Below are positions 36,870 through 50,570 of a DNA stretch of 64,000 nt, piece by piece. A program made the position numbers and the translations under genes. Where the stretch lies: contig CM075987.1 in assembly GCA_038087875.1 (NCBI GenBank), positions 27,158,001 to 27,222,000 of the forward strand, in the 5' to 3' direction. Below the pieces are notes generated by a model. The model searched no databases. It had not been told where the DNA came from and saw only the letters and a list, made by a program, of their open reading frames with translations. How positions within the stretch are numbered: position 1 is the first letter of the stretch; the number at the start of each line of letters is the position of its first letter. Source of the DNA: Malacoraja senta (Eukaryota).

Positions 36870-39367
36870 CTGAAAGAAAGCAGGCTGTGGTCAGAATTAC
36901 TCAGGGAGAGACAGATGGGGGGGAAATGAAGTCAAGTCCATGCTAAAACAGACGGTGGTGACCTACAGGCACGACTGCCAGCTGGACATTGAGTGTGGTC
37001 ATTCATGAAACTGAGGAGAGGAGATTGGACACAGAGTTAGCCGAGTGCACCAGCAAACATCAAGAATGGATAAAAGTTAGGCAGTTTTGGACTGAGACGT
37101 AGAAAGAAGAAACTACAGATGCTGGTTCACCAAAAAAAAAATAATCAAAAGTGCTGGAGTAACTCCGCAGGTGAGGCAACATCTCTGGAGAACATGGATA
37201 GGTGATGTGTGGTAAGGAACTGCAGATGCTGGTTTACACTGAAGATAGATACAAAATGCTGGAGTAACTCAGCGGGACAGGCAGCATCTCTGAAACGTTA
37301 CTCATTCCTTCTCCAGAGATGCTGCCTGTCCCGCTGAGTTACTCCAGCACTCTGTGAAACGTCACCTATCCATGTTCTCCACAGATGCTGCCTGACCCGC
37401 TGAGTTACTCCAGCACTCTGTGTCCTTTGACCAGCAGTTCCTTGCCCTAAGTTGGTCTGCTAATTATCACCAAGGCAACAGCATGGACTGGCCTCTCCAA
37501 ACCTCTGACGTTCAGTCAGCATTGGGCAGTTTGAACCCTACGGGTCTACGAGTGGTGTTGGCTGGGACAGGGTTTGCACATGATCTCATGATCATTGTCA
37601 GCCCACATCTACAATGGGAACGCGTCAGGCCCAGGACATCAGAGGGTGGTTTCCTCAAATGCCACATGGCCTTTATAAGCTACCAAAAGAATGCCACATG
37701 CCAACTCTAGATTACTCAAAGCTTGGCCGATGCACACTACTCCTGGCCCCACAACCAGCTGTGTTGCTTCCAGTCAGATGTCGCTTGTAAGAACAGGCAT
37801 GCCATTCTCCTATGGAGAGACAGGCCATTCGGCCCATCCAGTCCAAGCTAACCATCACCCATTTAACTAATCCTACCCTAACCACTTCATAGAGTCGTAG
37901 AGAGTCATACAGCGTGGAAACAGGCCCCTCGGCCCAACTTGCCCACTCCAACCAACATGCCCTATCTACACTAGGCCCACCTGCATGCGTTTGGCCCAAA
38001 TCCTACTAAACCTGTTCTATCCTAGTACCCATCTAAACGCTCCTTCAACATTGTGATAGTACCTGCCTCAACTACCTTCTCCGACAACTTGTTCCATACA
38101 CCTACAACCCCTTGTGTGAAAAAGTTACCTCTCAAGTCCCTATTAAATCTGCTCCCCCACCCCCCAGATTCTACCATTTCCTGCACTTTGACCCATTTAC
38201 AGCAGCGCTTTAACCGGAGGAGGTGGTTGAGGCAGGTATTACAACAACATTTAAAAGACATTTGGACAGGTACATGGAGAGGAGAGGTTTGGAGGGATAT
38301 GGGCCAAACACAGGCAGGTGGGACTAGTGTAGATGGGGCATGTTGGTCAGCATGGGCAAGTTGGGCCGAAGGGCCTGTTTCCACGCTGTATCACTCTATG
38401 AGGTGCCCTCTCATCTTTACTGTTTGATTTTGTTTAGAGATACAGCATGGAAACAGGCCCTTCGGCCCACCAGGTCCGTGCCAACCAACAATCACTTGTT
38501 CCCTATCCTACACACTGGGGACAATTTACCGAAGCCAATTAACCTACAAACCTGCACGTCATTGGAGTGTGGGAAGAAACCAGAGCACCCGGAGAAAACC
38601 CACGCGGGTCACGGGGAGAACGTACAAACTCCGTACAGACAGCACCAGAGGTCAGGATGGAACCCGGGTCACTGGCGCTGTGAGGCAGCAACTCTGCCGC
38701 TGCGCCTCCATGCCATCTTTTGTTAGAACATTATAGTCAAATCTATCTGCCGATGCTAAACCTGAATGAGAAGGAGCTGATAGCTCCACAACCCATCACC
38801 CATTCAAGCCATTACTCATACAACCACCTTGTTGCAGTCGTACAAAAGCAGAGTAACTCATTAACCCACACGTTGCTATAGAAAGCACCCTGGCTGCCGA
38901 ACATCCTAGCAACCAAACTGCAAATTATTTCTCCGTAAGATTCCTGTCAGAGCAGAAACGGAATTGGTTTCAGTTCCGGAGATTTTACCGATCACCCTCA
39001 GAGGTTCCACGGCGGCCCCAACACAGGCGGCTATTTGTGTGCTCGCCACGGGCACAGATGTACAAACACGCATCACGATCGCTCCACGCCATTATATCCC
39101 TACTCCTAAAGCAACCTTTCCTACCTTGACTATGAAACGTTATTCCCTTATCATGTATCTGTACACTGTGAATGGATCAATTGTAACCACGTATTGTCTT
39201 TCTGCCGACTGGTTAGCACACAACAAAAAGATGTTCACTGTCCCTTGGTACACGTGACAATATATTAAACTGAACTGAGGTGGCATAGTGGTAGAGTTGC
39301 TGCCTTACAGCACCAGAGACCCGGGTTTGATCCTGACCACGGGTGATGTCTGTGGTCCAAGATGATG

Positions 39368-39789
39368 CCCAGTCACACATGGACCAGTGGAGATGGGTCC
39401 CAGTGTCACGTGGACCAGTGGAGATGGATCCCAGTCACACGTGGACCAGTGGAGATGGGTCCCAGTCTCACATGGACCAGTGTAGATGGGTCCCAGTCTC
39501 ACATGGACCAGTGGAGATGGGTCCCAGTCTCACGTGGACCAGTGGAGATGGGTCCCAGTCTCACATGGACCAGTGGAGATGGGTCCCAGTCTCACGTGGA
39601 CCAGTGTAGATGGATCCCAGTCTCACATGGACCAGTGGAGATGGGTCCAAGTCTCATGGGGACCAGTGGAGATGGGTCCCAGTGTCACATGGACCAGTGG
39701 AGATGGGTCCCAGTCACACATGGACCAGTGGAGATGGGTCCCAGTGTCACATGGACCAGTGTAGATGGATCCAAGTCTCACATGGACCA
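39368..39789. repeat. 31-bp minisatellite CCCAGTCTCACATGGACCAGTGGAGATGGGT x~13.5
   Basis: Period read directly (e.g. 39461, 39492). Confidence 0.95.
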
Positions 39790-40076
39790 AGATTCAAGAT
39801 TCAAGTGAGTTTATTGTCATGTGTCCCTGATAGGACAATGAAATTCTTGCTTTGCTTCAGCACAACAGAACATAGTAGGCATTGACTACAAAACAGATCA
39901 GTGTGTCCATATACCATTATATAAATATATACACACATGAATAAATAAACTGATCAAGTGCAAATAACAGATAATGGGCTATTAATGATCAGAGTTTTGT
40001 CTGAGCCAAGTTTAATATGGCTGTGGGGAAGTAGCTATTTCTGAACCTGACCAGTGTAGATGGGTCCAATTCTCAC

Positions 40077-40511
40077 CTGACACCCTGTCCACACTGTACA
40101 TGCGTTCCAGCTTCTTGCGGTGCCGTGCTGGCTCTCGGGAGGACGCCTGGTCCAGGTCGAAGGTCTGCTGAGAGATGATGGGGGCTCGGGCACAGTTGGG
40201 ACAGTCCTTGGAGCCAGCCCTGGCGGCAGCCCAGCCCCGGGCAGCGACGGTGTGAGTACCGCAGGGTCCCTGTGGCCCAGCCTTGGCCGGCCGTGCCCCC
40301 TCGCTCTCCCTCTCCGACACCAGCTGGCTCTCCCCAGAGATGGTGTACACCCGGGCCTTCTGCGCCTCCGCCGGCTTGTCCGCCCCCTCCTCGGAGAAGC
40401 TGCGCTCCAGACGGCTCTGCGAGATGGTCGATAAGCGACGCTTGTTCTGCACCGGCAGCTGCAGCTGCGACACATCCTCCAATCCCATCGGAGACTCCAC
40501 CACCAGTGGCT
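40077..40511 (-). CDS. NSMF: NSMF exon 3 (435 nt)
   Basis: Acceptor ccttgtcttgcag|, donor CAG|GTGAGA; encodes QNKRRLS, RVYTISGE, GSKDCPNC and RKKLERMYSVDRVS (frame of ORF 40012..40503). Confidence 0.96.
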
Positions 40512-40533
40512 CTGCAAGACAAGGAGAGAGATG

Positions 40534-41300
<767 letters not shown>

Positions 41301-41790
41301 ACTGAATTTTTTCTTTCATTTATTACATTGCAGGAAGAGTAACCATGTTTATGTATTCTGTTGTGTTGCTGCCAGAGACCCGGGTTCGATCCTGACTACG
41401 GGGGCTGCCTGTACGGAGTTAGTACGTTCTCCCTGTGACTGGCGTGAGTTTTCACCGGGATCGCCGGTTTCCTCCCGCACTCCAAAGACGTACAGGTTTG
41501 TAGATCAATTGGCTTGGTATAAATGTAAAATTGTCCCTTGTGTGTGTAGAGATCGCTGGTCGGTGCGGACTCGGTGGGCCGAATGGCCTGTTTCTGCGCT
41601 GTATCTGCAAACTAAACTAAACATGTCCTGGAGCCTGCTTATGTACCGATAGCTGAGAAAAGAAGCAACCATTAGAGAGGTGACTGGTAACATCTGGAGA
41701 TTATACATCAATGGATCAGTGACCTAACCAGTCCTGCTAAACTGCTGCTTCAAAGAAAGGATTACAATATAGATGTGTAATGAAAGGCCC

Positions 41791-42327
41791 AGAGTGCTGG
41801 AGTAACTCAGTGGGTCAGGCAGCATCTGTGGAGAACATGGATAGGTGACGTTTCACAGAGTGCTGGAGTAACTCAGCGGGTCAGGCAGCATCTGTGGAGA
41901 ACATGGATAGTTGACGTTTCACAGAGTGCTGGAGTAACTCAGCGGGTCAGGCAGCATCTGTGGAGAACATGGATAGGTGACGTTTCACAGAGAGCTGGAG
42001 TAACTCAGCGGGTCAGGCAGCATCTGTGGAGCGAAGGAAATGGGCAACCTTTCGGGCCGAAACCCTGAAGGAAATAGGCAACGTTTTGGGCCGAAACCCG
42101 GAAGGGTTTCGGGCCGAAACGTTGCCTATTTCCTTCGCTCTATAGATGCTGCCGGAACATGGATAGGTGATGTTTCACAGAGTGCTGGAGTAACTCAGCG
42201 GGTCAGGCAGCATCTGTGGAGAACATGGATAGGTGACGTTTCACAGAGTGCTGGAGTAACTCAGCGGGTCAGGCAGCATCTGTGGAGAACATGGATAGGT
42301 GACGTTTCGGGTCGGGACCCTTCTTCA
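41791..42327. repeat. 66-bp tandem repeat of a PLE terminal segment with an embedded palindromic block (also 63073-63291, 37316-37424, 8301-8375)
   Basis: Unit agagtgctggagtaactcagcgggtcaggcagcatctgtggagaacatggataggtgacgtttcac at 41791, 41857, 41923, 41989, 42179, 42245. Confidence 0.92.
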
Positions 42328-44132
42328 AACCTCTCCACGTTTTCCACAGCTGCTGCCTGACCCGTTGAGTTACTCCAGCACTTTGTGTATTTTTAATTTA
42401 TAAACCAGCGTTTGCAGTTCCTTATTTCTACGTAGAGTCATAGAGTGATACAGCGTGGAAACAGGCACTTCAACCCAACCTGCCCACAACGACCTACATA
42501 TCCCCACTGCACTAGTCCCCACGTGCCTGCGTTTATTCCATATCCCTCTCAACCTGTCCTATCCATGTAACTTTCCAATTGCTTCTTAAACGTTGGGATA
42601 GTCCCTGCCTCAACTACCTCCTCTGGCACACTGTGACACTTTTTGACTATTTCTTGTAAACCAGCATCTTGCATCGATTCTCGGGGGTTTAAAGCAAATT
42701 GTGTTTGTTGCATATTAACCCCGACAGTCGCGACTCCAAATAAATCTACATTTTTGTGTTGCGAGTCAGAGCGTTCTTGGTTCAGCTTCCCTTCAGCTGT
42801 GTGGTCCCAGCTGGGAGAGCGGATCCCGTTACATAGAGTATAATGTCAGCACTCACACAAAGCAAGATGCGTGCCACACTGCTGATCGCACCCAGCCTAA
42901 TGCTCCCGTCCTTAAAGGCAACAACAGCACAGCTTCTATTTCCACATGACGTAACTCTCAGCAGGTCTCCGTGCCAGTGAAGTGACTGACTGGGGCGCTG
43001 GCTCTACGCCACCTGCACATTCATCTGATCCACTCCAGCACACACATGGCCAGCGCAACACAATGATTTGTGTAGGAAGGAACTGCAGATGCTGGCTTAA
43101 ACTGAAGATTTAAACTCCAGCACTTTGAAACATATAAGATTGTTAAGGGCTTGGACACGCTAGAGGCAGGAAACATGTTCCCGATGTTGGGGGAGTCCAG
43201 AACCAGGGGCCACAGTTTAAGAATAAGGAGTAAGCCATTTAGAACTGAGACGAGGAAACACTTTTTCTCACAGAGAGTGGTGAGTCGGTGGAATTCTCTG
43301 CCTCAGAGGGCGGTGGAGGCAGGTTCTCTGGATGCTTTCAAGAAAGAGCTAGATAGGGCTCTTAAAATTAGCGGAGTCAGGGGATATGGGGAGAAGGCAG
43401 GAACGGGGTACTGATTGGAGATGATCAGCCATGATCACGTTGAATGGCGGTGCTGGCTCGAAGGGCCAAATGGCCTACTCCTGCACCTATTGTCTATTGT
43501 CTATATTGAGTCTTTTTTTGTAAACCAGCATCAGCTGTTCCTTATTTCTACGAAGTAACTGTATTAGACACAAAGTGCTGGAGTAACTCAGGGGACAGGC
43601 AGTGTCTCTGGAGAGAAGGAAATACGTGTTGTTCCTCCAATTTGCACTGGGCCTCACTCTGTCAATGGAGGAGGCCCAGGACAGAAAGGTCAGTGTGGGA
43701 ATGGGAGGGGGAGTTGAGGCAACCGAGAGATCAGGTAGGTCCTGGCAGACTGAGTGAAGCAGAGGAAATGGAAATCAGGGTTCTGGATGGTCCAAAACTT
43801 CAAAGAGGAACCACTGGAATGGCCAGAACAAGTCTGAAGAAGGGTCTCGACCTGAACCATCACCCATTCCTTCTCTGTAGAGATGCTGCCTGTCCCGCTG
43901 AGTTACTCCAGCATTTTGTGTCTAATACAGTTACTTTATAGAAATAAGGAACAGCTGATGCTGGTATACAAAAAAAGACTCAATGTGCTGAAGTAACTCA
44001 GCGGGTCAAGCAGCATCTCTGGAATAGAGAGGTGACGTTTCGGGTCGAGACCCATCCTGAGACCGAAGAAGGAATCTGAACATTGTGTCTATCTTTGGTA
44101 TAAACCAGCATCAAACCTTGGATTTACACTTC

Positions 44133-44670
44133 ACACTGCCTCGGGCAAGGCCAGCAGCATAATCAAGGACCAGTCTCACCCCGGCCACTCCCTCTTCTCC
44201 CCTCTCCCATCAGGCAAAAGGTACAGAAGTGTGAAAACGCACACCTCCAGATTCAGGGACAGTTTCTTCCCAGCTGTTATCAGGCAACTGAACCATCCTA
44301 CCACATCCAGAGAGCAGTGCTGTCTGAAGAAGGGTCTCGACCCGAAACGTCACCCATTCCTTCTCCCCAGAGATGCTGCCTGTCCCGCTGAGTTACTCCA
44401 GCACTTTGTGTCTATCTTTGGTTTAAACCAGCATCTGCAGTTCCTTCCTACGCAGCAGTCCTGAACTACTGTGTACGATACTAACCTCATTGGAAACCCT
44501 CAGACTTTCCTTGATCAGACTTTATTAGCGTCATCGAAACATTATTTGTGTTATTCCCTTTGTCATGTATCTGTACACTGTGGACAGCTCGATTGTCTTT
44601 CCGCTGACTGGTTAGCACACAACAAAAGCTTTTCCCTGTACCTCAGTACACGTGACAATAAACTAAACTG
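44133..44670 (+). mobile_element. Rex1/Babar-like LINE 3' end, interrupted by a PLE terminus (similar: 10395-10530, 13865-14070, 19135-19355, 46783-47193, 47678-48150 +; 39790-40048, 48330-48608, 62495-62680 -)
   Basis: HPGHSLFSPLPSGKRYRSVKTHTSRFRDSFFPAVIRQLN C-terminal motif; tail gtacacgtgacaataaactaaact. Confidence 0.75.
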
Positions 44671-47600
44671 CATCTGCAGTGCTTTGTTTCCGCAGAATGA
44701 TAATTAGTCTCAAACACATACCTGCTGATGGAAGCACCTCACAATTACAAACGGACTCACCTCCACAGATGGGGACAGACACTGTGAGAACTAGTAATAC
44801 ACGATACATAAAGAGCCAACACTCACACCCACGCGGAAACAGGCCCTTCGGCCCACCGAGTCTGCGCCGACCAGTGATCCCCACACACCGACACTATCCT
44901 ACACACACTAGGGACAATTTATATTTATACCAAAGCCAATTAACCTACAAACCTGTACGTCTTTGGAATGTGGGAGGAAACCGGAGCTCCCGGTGAAAAC
45001 CCACGCAGGTCACGGGGAGAACGTACAAACTCTGTACAGACAGCATTGGTTATCAGGATGGAACCCGGGTCTCTGGCGCTGTGAGGCAGCAACTCTACCG
45101 CTGCACCACCATGCCGACTTAGATTGAGAGAGAACGGGCAGCAGGAATAACTACAGATATCAGAGTGTGGGACAGGTTAATGACAGCAATTAGTTAGCTG
45201 GCTAGAATTATGTGTAATCGCTGGCTGACTGAGTGTCGTGCTTTGGCAAGAGGACCTTTCAATTAGTCCTTCCCTCTCAGCCTTGACACGATCACTGGGG
45301 TGTTAATAAGCTCGCGACCCCTCCCTGCCACCCTGCACTTCAGGTGGTGAAGCTGGCCAAGCTGAGAGTGTAGTGCGGTTATAGCCACATCATGCTTCAG
45401 TACACAACTTGCTTTCCAATATGTACGGGGCATAGTTTACTTTAGAGATACAGAGCAGAAACTGGCCCTTGGGCCCGCCGAGTCTGCCACCATCGATTAT
45501 CCCGTGCATTAACACTATCCTACACACACACACACACACTAGGGACAATTTACATCTATAACAAGTCAACTAACCTGCAAACCTGTACGTCTTTGGAGTG
45601 TGGGGTGAAACCGGAGCAACCGTGGAAAACCCACACGGTCACAGGGAGAACCTGCGAACTCCACACAGACAGCACCCGTAGTCGGGATCGAACAAGGGTC
45701 TCTGGCGCTGTGAGGCAGCAGCTCTACCCGCTGCGCCACCGTGCCGCCCTGTGAATGAGCGGGTGTGGCCGACCCACACAAAGAGCTCCAGCTCTAGCAG
45801 TGACTGAGAGAACGTAGAGAGCGCGGGTGTGGGTACAGCACGAGTTTGCAAACGGCACATGATGAGAGGCAGCAGAGAAACAGACTCTACCACCCACCCA
45901 ATCTGTCTTGACCATCACCCGTCACACATTTATTCACCTTATTCCCTTTATCATGTATCTCTACATTGTGGACAGCTCGATTGGAATCGTGTATAGTCTT
46001 TCCGCTGACTGGCTAGCGCGCAACAAACGCTTTTTACCGCACCTCGGTACACGTGACAATAAACTCAACTAAACACTCATCCACCTCAACCCCATTTCTT
46101 TTCATTCTCCCCACGCTCTTTTCAACTCCCCCCCCCCCCCCCAAGATTCTACCATCTGTCCGCACGCCAGGAGCAATTCTTGAGGCCAATTAACCCAGGC
46201 CAGCACGGTGGCGCAGCGGTAAAGTCACTGCCTCACAGCGACGGAGATCTAGGTTCGATCCTGACCACGGGTGCTGTCTGTACAGAGTTTGTACGTTCTC
46301 CCTGTGACTGCGTGGGTTTTCTCCAGGTGCTCCGGTTTCCTCCCACACTCCAAAGATGCATAGGTTTGTAGGTTAATTGGCTTCAGTAAAAAATTATCAA
46401 TTGTTCCAAGTATAAGGGGTGATCGCTGGTCAGCACGGACTTAGAGGGCCTTTTTCCACACTGTATCTCTAAAGTCTAAAGTCTACCAACCCTTTGGGAT
46501 GTGGGAGGAAACCCTCACGTTCATCGAGCCTAGCACCGTGTGGCAGCAGCTCCACCGCTGAGCCACCCTGCCACCCTGCCACCCAACCTCGCTCGCTGAA
46601 GAGAAATTCAATCTTCTTTGGATCAATCAGATGCTAGTTTTACATCCCTCACCTTCCTCTTCTGCAGCCGTTGCCACGGTTTTTAAATAACGTTATTCCT
46701 CACAGACGGTCCTCTTTAATTCAAGAGCTGAAGATATCAAATCCAGCTAATTACCATCCAATCTATTTCCTCTCGATCACGAGCAAAAGGTACAGAAGTG
46801 TGTAAACGCACACCTCCAGATTCAGTGTATAAGAAAGAACCGCAGGTGCTCGAAAAATCGAAGGTAGACAAAAATGCTGGAGAAACTCAGCGGGTGAGGC
46901 AGCATTTTTGTCTACCTCCAGATTCAGGGACAGTTTCTTCCCAGCTGTTGTCAGGCAACTGAACCATCCTACCACAACCAGAGAGCAGTCCTGAACTACT
47001 ATCTACCTCATTGGTGACCCTCGGACTATCCTCTAGCGGCTTTACCTTGCACGAAATGTAATTCCCTTATCACGTATCTGTACACTGTAAATGGCTCGAT
47101 TGTAATCATGTATTGTCTTTCCACTGACTGGATAGCACGCAACAAAAGCTTTTCATTATACCTTGGTACACGTAACAATGAACTAAACTGAACCTTTTTG
47201 AACTGAAAGGATGCTCATTTTACATCTCACACCTTTGTCTTCTGCAGCCTTTGTGAATCTTTTTAACAACATTATTTCTCTAAATCAGACGGTCGTCTAG
47301 AATTCAAGAGCAGAACAAATCTAATTCCGCTAATTACCAACTAATCAATTTACACCCGATCTTTAGCAGCGTGCTGGAAGGTTTTGACAACGACATTATC
47401 AAGTTGTCCATATCATCAGAAATTTGCTCATTAATGTGTGGGAAAGAACTGCAGATGCTGGTTTACACTGAAGGTAGACACAAAATGCTGGAGTAACTTA
47501 GCGGGACAGGCAGCGTCTCTGGAGAGAAGGGATGGGTGACATTTCCGAAGAAGGGTCTCGACCCAAATTCCTTCTCTCCAGAGATGCTGCCTGACCTGCT

Positions 47601-48635
47601 GAGTAACTCCGTCATTTTGCGCCTACCTTCAGTGTAAACCGGCATCTGCAGTTCCAGCACATCGGTAGAGTTGCTGCCATCCCATCAGGCAAGAGGTACA
47701 GAAGTGTGAAAACGCACACCTCCAGATGCAGGGACAGTTTCTTCACAGCTGTTCTCGGGCAACTGAACCGTCCTCTCACCAGCTAGATTATGGTCCTGAC
47801 CTCCGATCTACCTTAATGGAGACTTTTGAACCACCTTTAATCGGACTTTAATGTTATATCTTTGCACTGAATGTCGCACTCTTTATCGGTACACTGTGGG
47901 CGGCTTGATTGTAATCATGGAAAGTCTTGCCGCTGACTGGATAGCACGTACAGCCGATAACAACGAGGGACCATTGGGAACCACATTGAACTCTGTGGGT
48001 GCCCTTTACGTAGCAACCCTTTACATACCTAGTGTACGGTTTACAAATCAAAGAATCTCGCTGTGACATGTCACATGTGGTAATAAAGTATCAATCAATC
48101 AAAAGTCTTTCACTGCACCACGGTACACGTGACACTAATAATCTAAACTAATTAAAAACATCAGTTACAGTTTCGTTTATTGTCACGTGTACCGAGGTTC
48201 ATGTGTTCCGCTCTTGAATTCAAGACGACCGTCTGATTTAGAGAAATAATGTTGTTCAAAATATTCACAAAGGCTGCAGAAGACAAAGGTGTGAGATGTA
48301 AAATGAGCATCCTTTCAGTTCAAAAAGGTTCAGTTTAGTTCATTGTTACGTGTACCAAGGTATAATGAAAAGCTTTTGTTGTGTGCTATCCAGTCAGCGG
48401 AAAGACAATACATGATTACAATCGAGCCGTTTACAGTGTACAGATACATGATAAGGGAATAATGTTTAATGCAAGGTAAAGCCGGCAAAGTCCGATCCAA
48501 GATAGTCCGAGGGTCTCCAAAGAGAGAGATAGTAGTTCGGGACCGCTCTCTGGTTGTGGTAGGATGGTTCAGAAGGCCTGATAACAGCTGGGAAGAAACT
48601 GTCCCTGGACACTGGGAAGATAGATGTGGTCTTAC

Positions 48636-48703
48636 CTGGCACTTTGGCGCTGCAGGAAGCGGCTTCACTCTGCGACAGATACTCTCCAAACACCTGGGCT
48701 GCT
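48636..48703 (-). CDS. NSMF: NSMF exon 2 (68 nt), AAQVFGEYLSQSEAASCSAKVP
   Basis: FGEYLSQS motif; acceptor gaag|A, donor CAG|GTAAGA; phase 2 to phase 1. Confidence 0.92.
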
Positions 48704-50332
48704 CTTCACGTTCAAATCCACAGCAAGGCAGTGGGACGGAGCAGGGAGGCAAGGACATGAGTGTGAGTGGTGTACACACCCCACAAAGCCACGCAGAACC
48801 CTCCCTCCCGCCGATGGAAGAATGGCTCGACTGGGCTAGTATTGACTGGAACTTGCAAGAATGAGAGGGGATCATAGAAACATACAAAATTCTTATGGGA
48901 TTGGACAGGCTAGATGCAGGAAAAATGTTCCCGATGTTGGGGGAGTCCAGAACAGGGGTCACAGCTTAAGAATAAGGGGTAGGCCATTTAGGACTGTGAA
49001 TCCGTGGAATTCTCTGCCACAGAAGGCAGTGGAGGCCAATTCACTGGATGTTTTCAAGAGAGTTAGATTTAGCTCTTAGGGCAAAAGGAATCAAGGGATA
49101 TGGGGAGAAAGCAGGAACGGGGAACTGATTTTGGATGATCAGCCATGATCATATTGAATGGTGGTGCTGGCTCGAAGGGCTGAATGGCCTACACCTGCTC
49201 CTATTTTCTATGTTTCTAAATCACCAATTCACACTAGCACTTACACACTGAGGCTTGAGTGATAAATCAACAGTAAATCACAGCCTGGATCTGTGAGAGG
49301 TATAATGCACAGAGCCTTTTACCCAGAGTAGGGGAATCAAGAACCAGAGGACATAGGTTTCAGGTGAAGACAGACACAAAAAGCTGGAGTAACTCAGCGG
49401 GACAGGCAGCATCTCTGGAGAGAAGGAATGGGTGATGTTTCGGGTCGAGACCTTTCTTCAGACGGGGTGAGGGGGGGGGAGGAGGGGGAGATAGATTTAA
49501 TAGGAACCCGCAGGGCAACTTTTTTTTTTACACAAAGGATGGTGGGTAAATGGAACAAGCTGCTGGAGGAGGTAGTTGAGACAGGTACCATCACAGTGTC
49601 TAAAAACATTTGGATAGGTGCATGGATAGGACAGGTTAAGAGGGATATGGGCCAAACGCAGGCAGGTGGGACCAGTGTAGATGAGACATGCTGGTCGGTG
49701 TGGGCAGGGTTGGTGCAGGAAGGAACTGCAGTTGCTGGTTTACACCAAAACCAGACACAACGTACTGTAGTAACTCAGCGGGATGAAGGCCCAGTTTCCA
49801 CGCTGTATGACTCTAATGAAGGCTTGTGAAAGAATCCATCCACTATGCTGCAGATGACACTGGAACTAAGATTCATTGGAATCGATAGCCCATTACTGAT
49901 TAGGCAATAAAGCACTTTTAATATTTACACAGATGCAAATACGTGCTCCTTTAAACGTTTCAGATGAAGACAAAGCATGAAGTGGTGGAGAATCACAAGT
50001 GGTTAGCTCCACGGTGAATCTAAACGAGGGAACCTCAACTTAGAGTGGAAGGCAGAGGGACATCCGGCAAGGAAAACAGTCTGAGGAGGGATCTCGACCC
50101 GAAACGTCACCCATTCCTTCTCTCCAGAGAAGCTGTCTGTCCCACTGAGTTACTCCAGCATTTTGTGTCTACCTACAGTTTAAACCAGCATCTGCAGTCC
50201 CTTCCTTCACAAAGGACAGCAAGAAACCGGAAAGGTAGATGAAAGACTGGGAAGAATGATTGGGAACTGAGCTGATGATGTCGGCACGTTGCAAGAAACT
50301 GCCCGACTTGCTGAGTGTCTCCAGCGTTTTAC

Positions 50333-50570
50333 AGTCACAGAGTGATACAGCGTGGAAACAGGCCCTTCAGCCCAACTTGTCCACACCGGCCAACATGTCC
50401 CAGCTACACTAGTCACAGAGTGATACAGCGTGGAAACAGGCCCTTCAGCCCAACTTGCCCACACTGGCCAACAATGTCCCAGCTACACTAGTCACAGAGT
50501 GATACAGTGTAGAAACAGGCTCTTCAACCCAACTTGCCCACACCGGCCAACATGTCCCAGCTACACTAGT
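50333..50570. repeat. ~78-bp triplication of a CR1 type C 3' tail
   Basis: agtcacagagtgatacag.gt.gaaacagg... at 50333, 50411, 50490. Confidence 0.88.
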
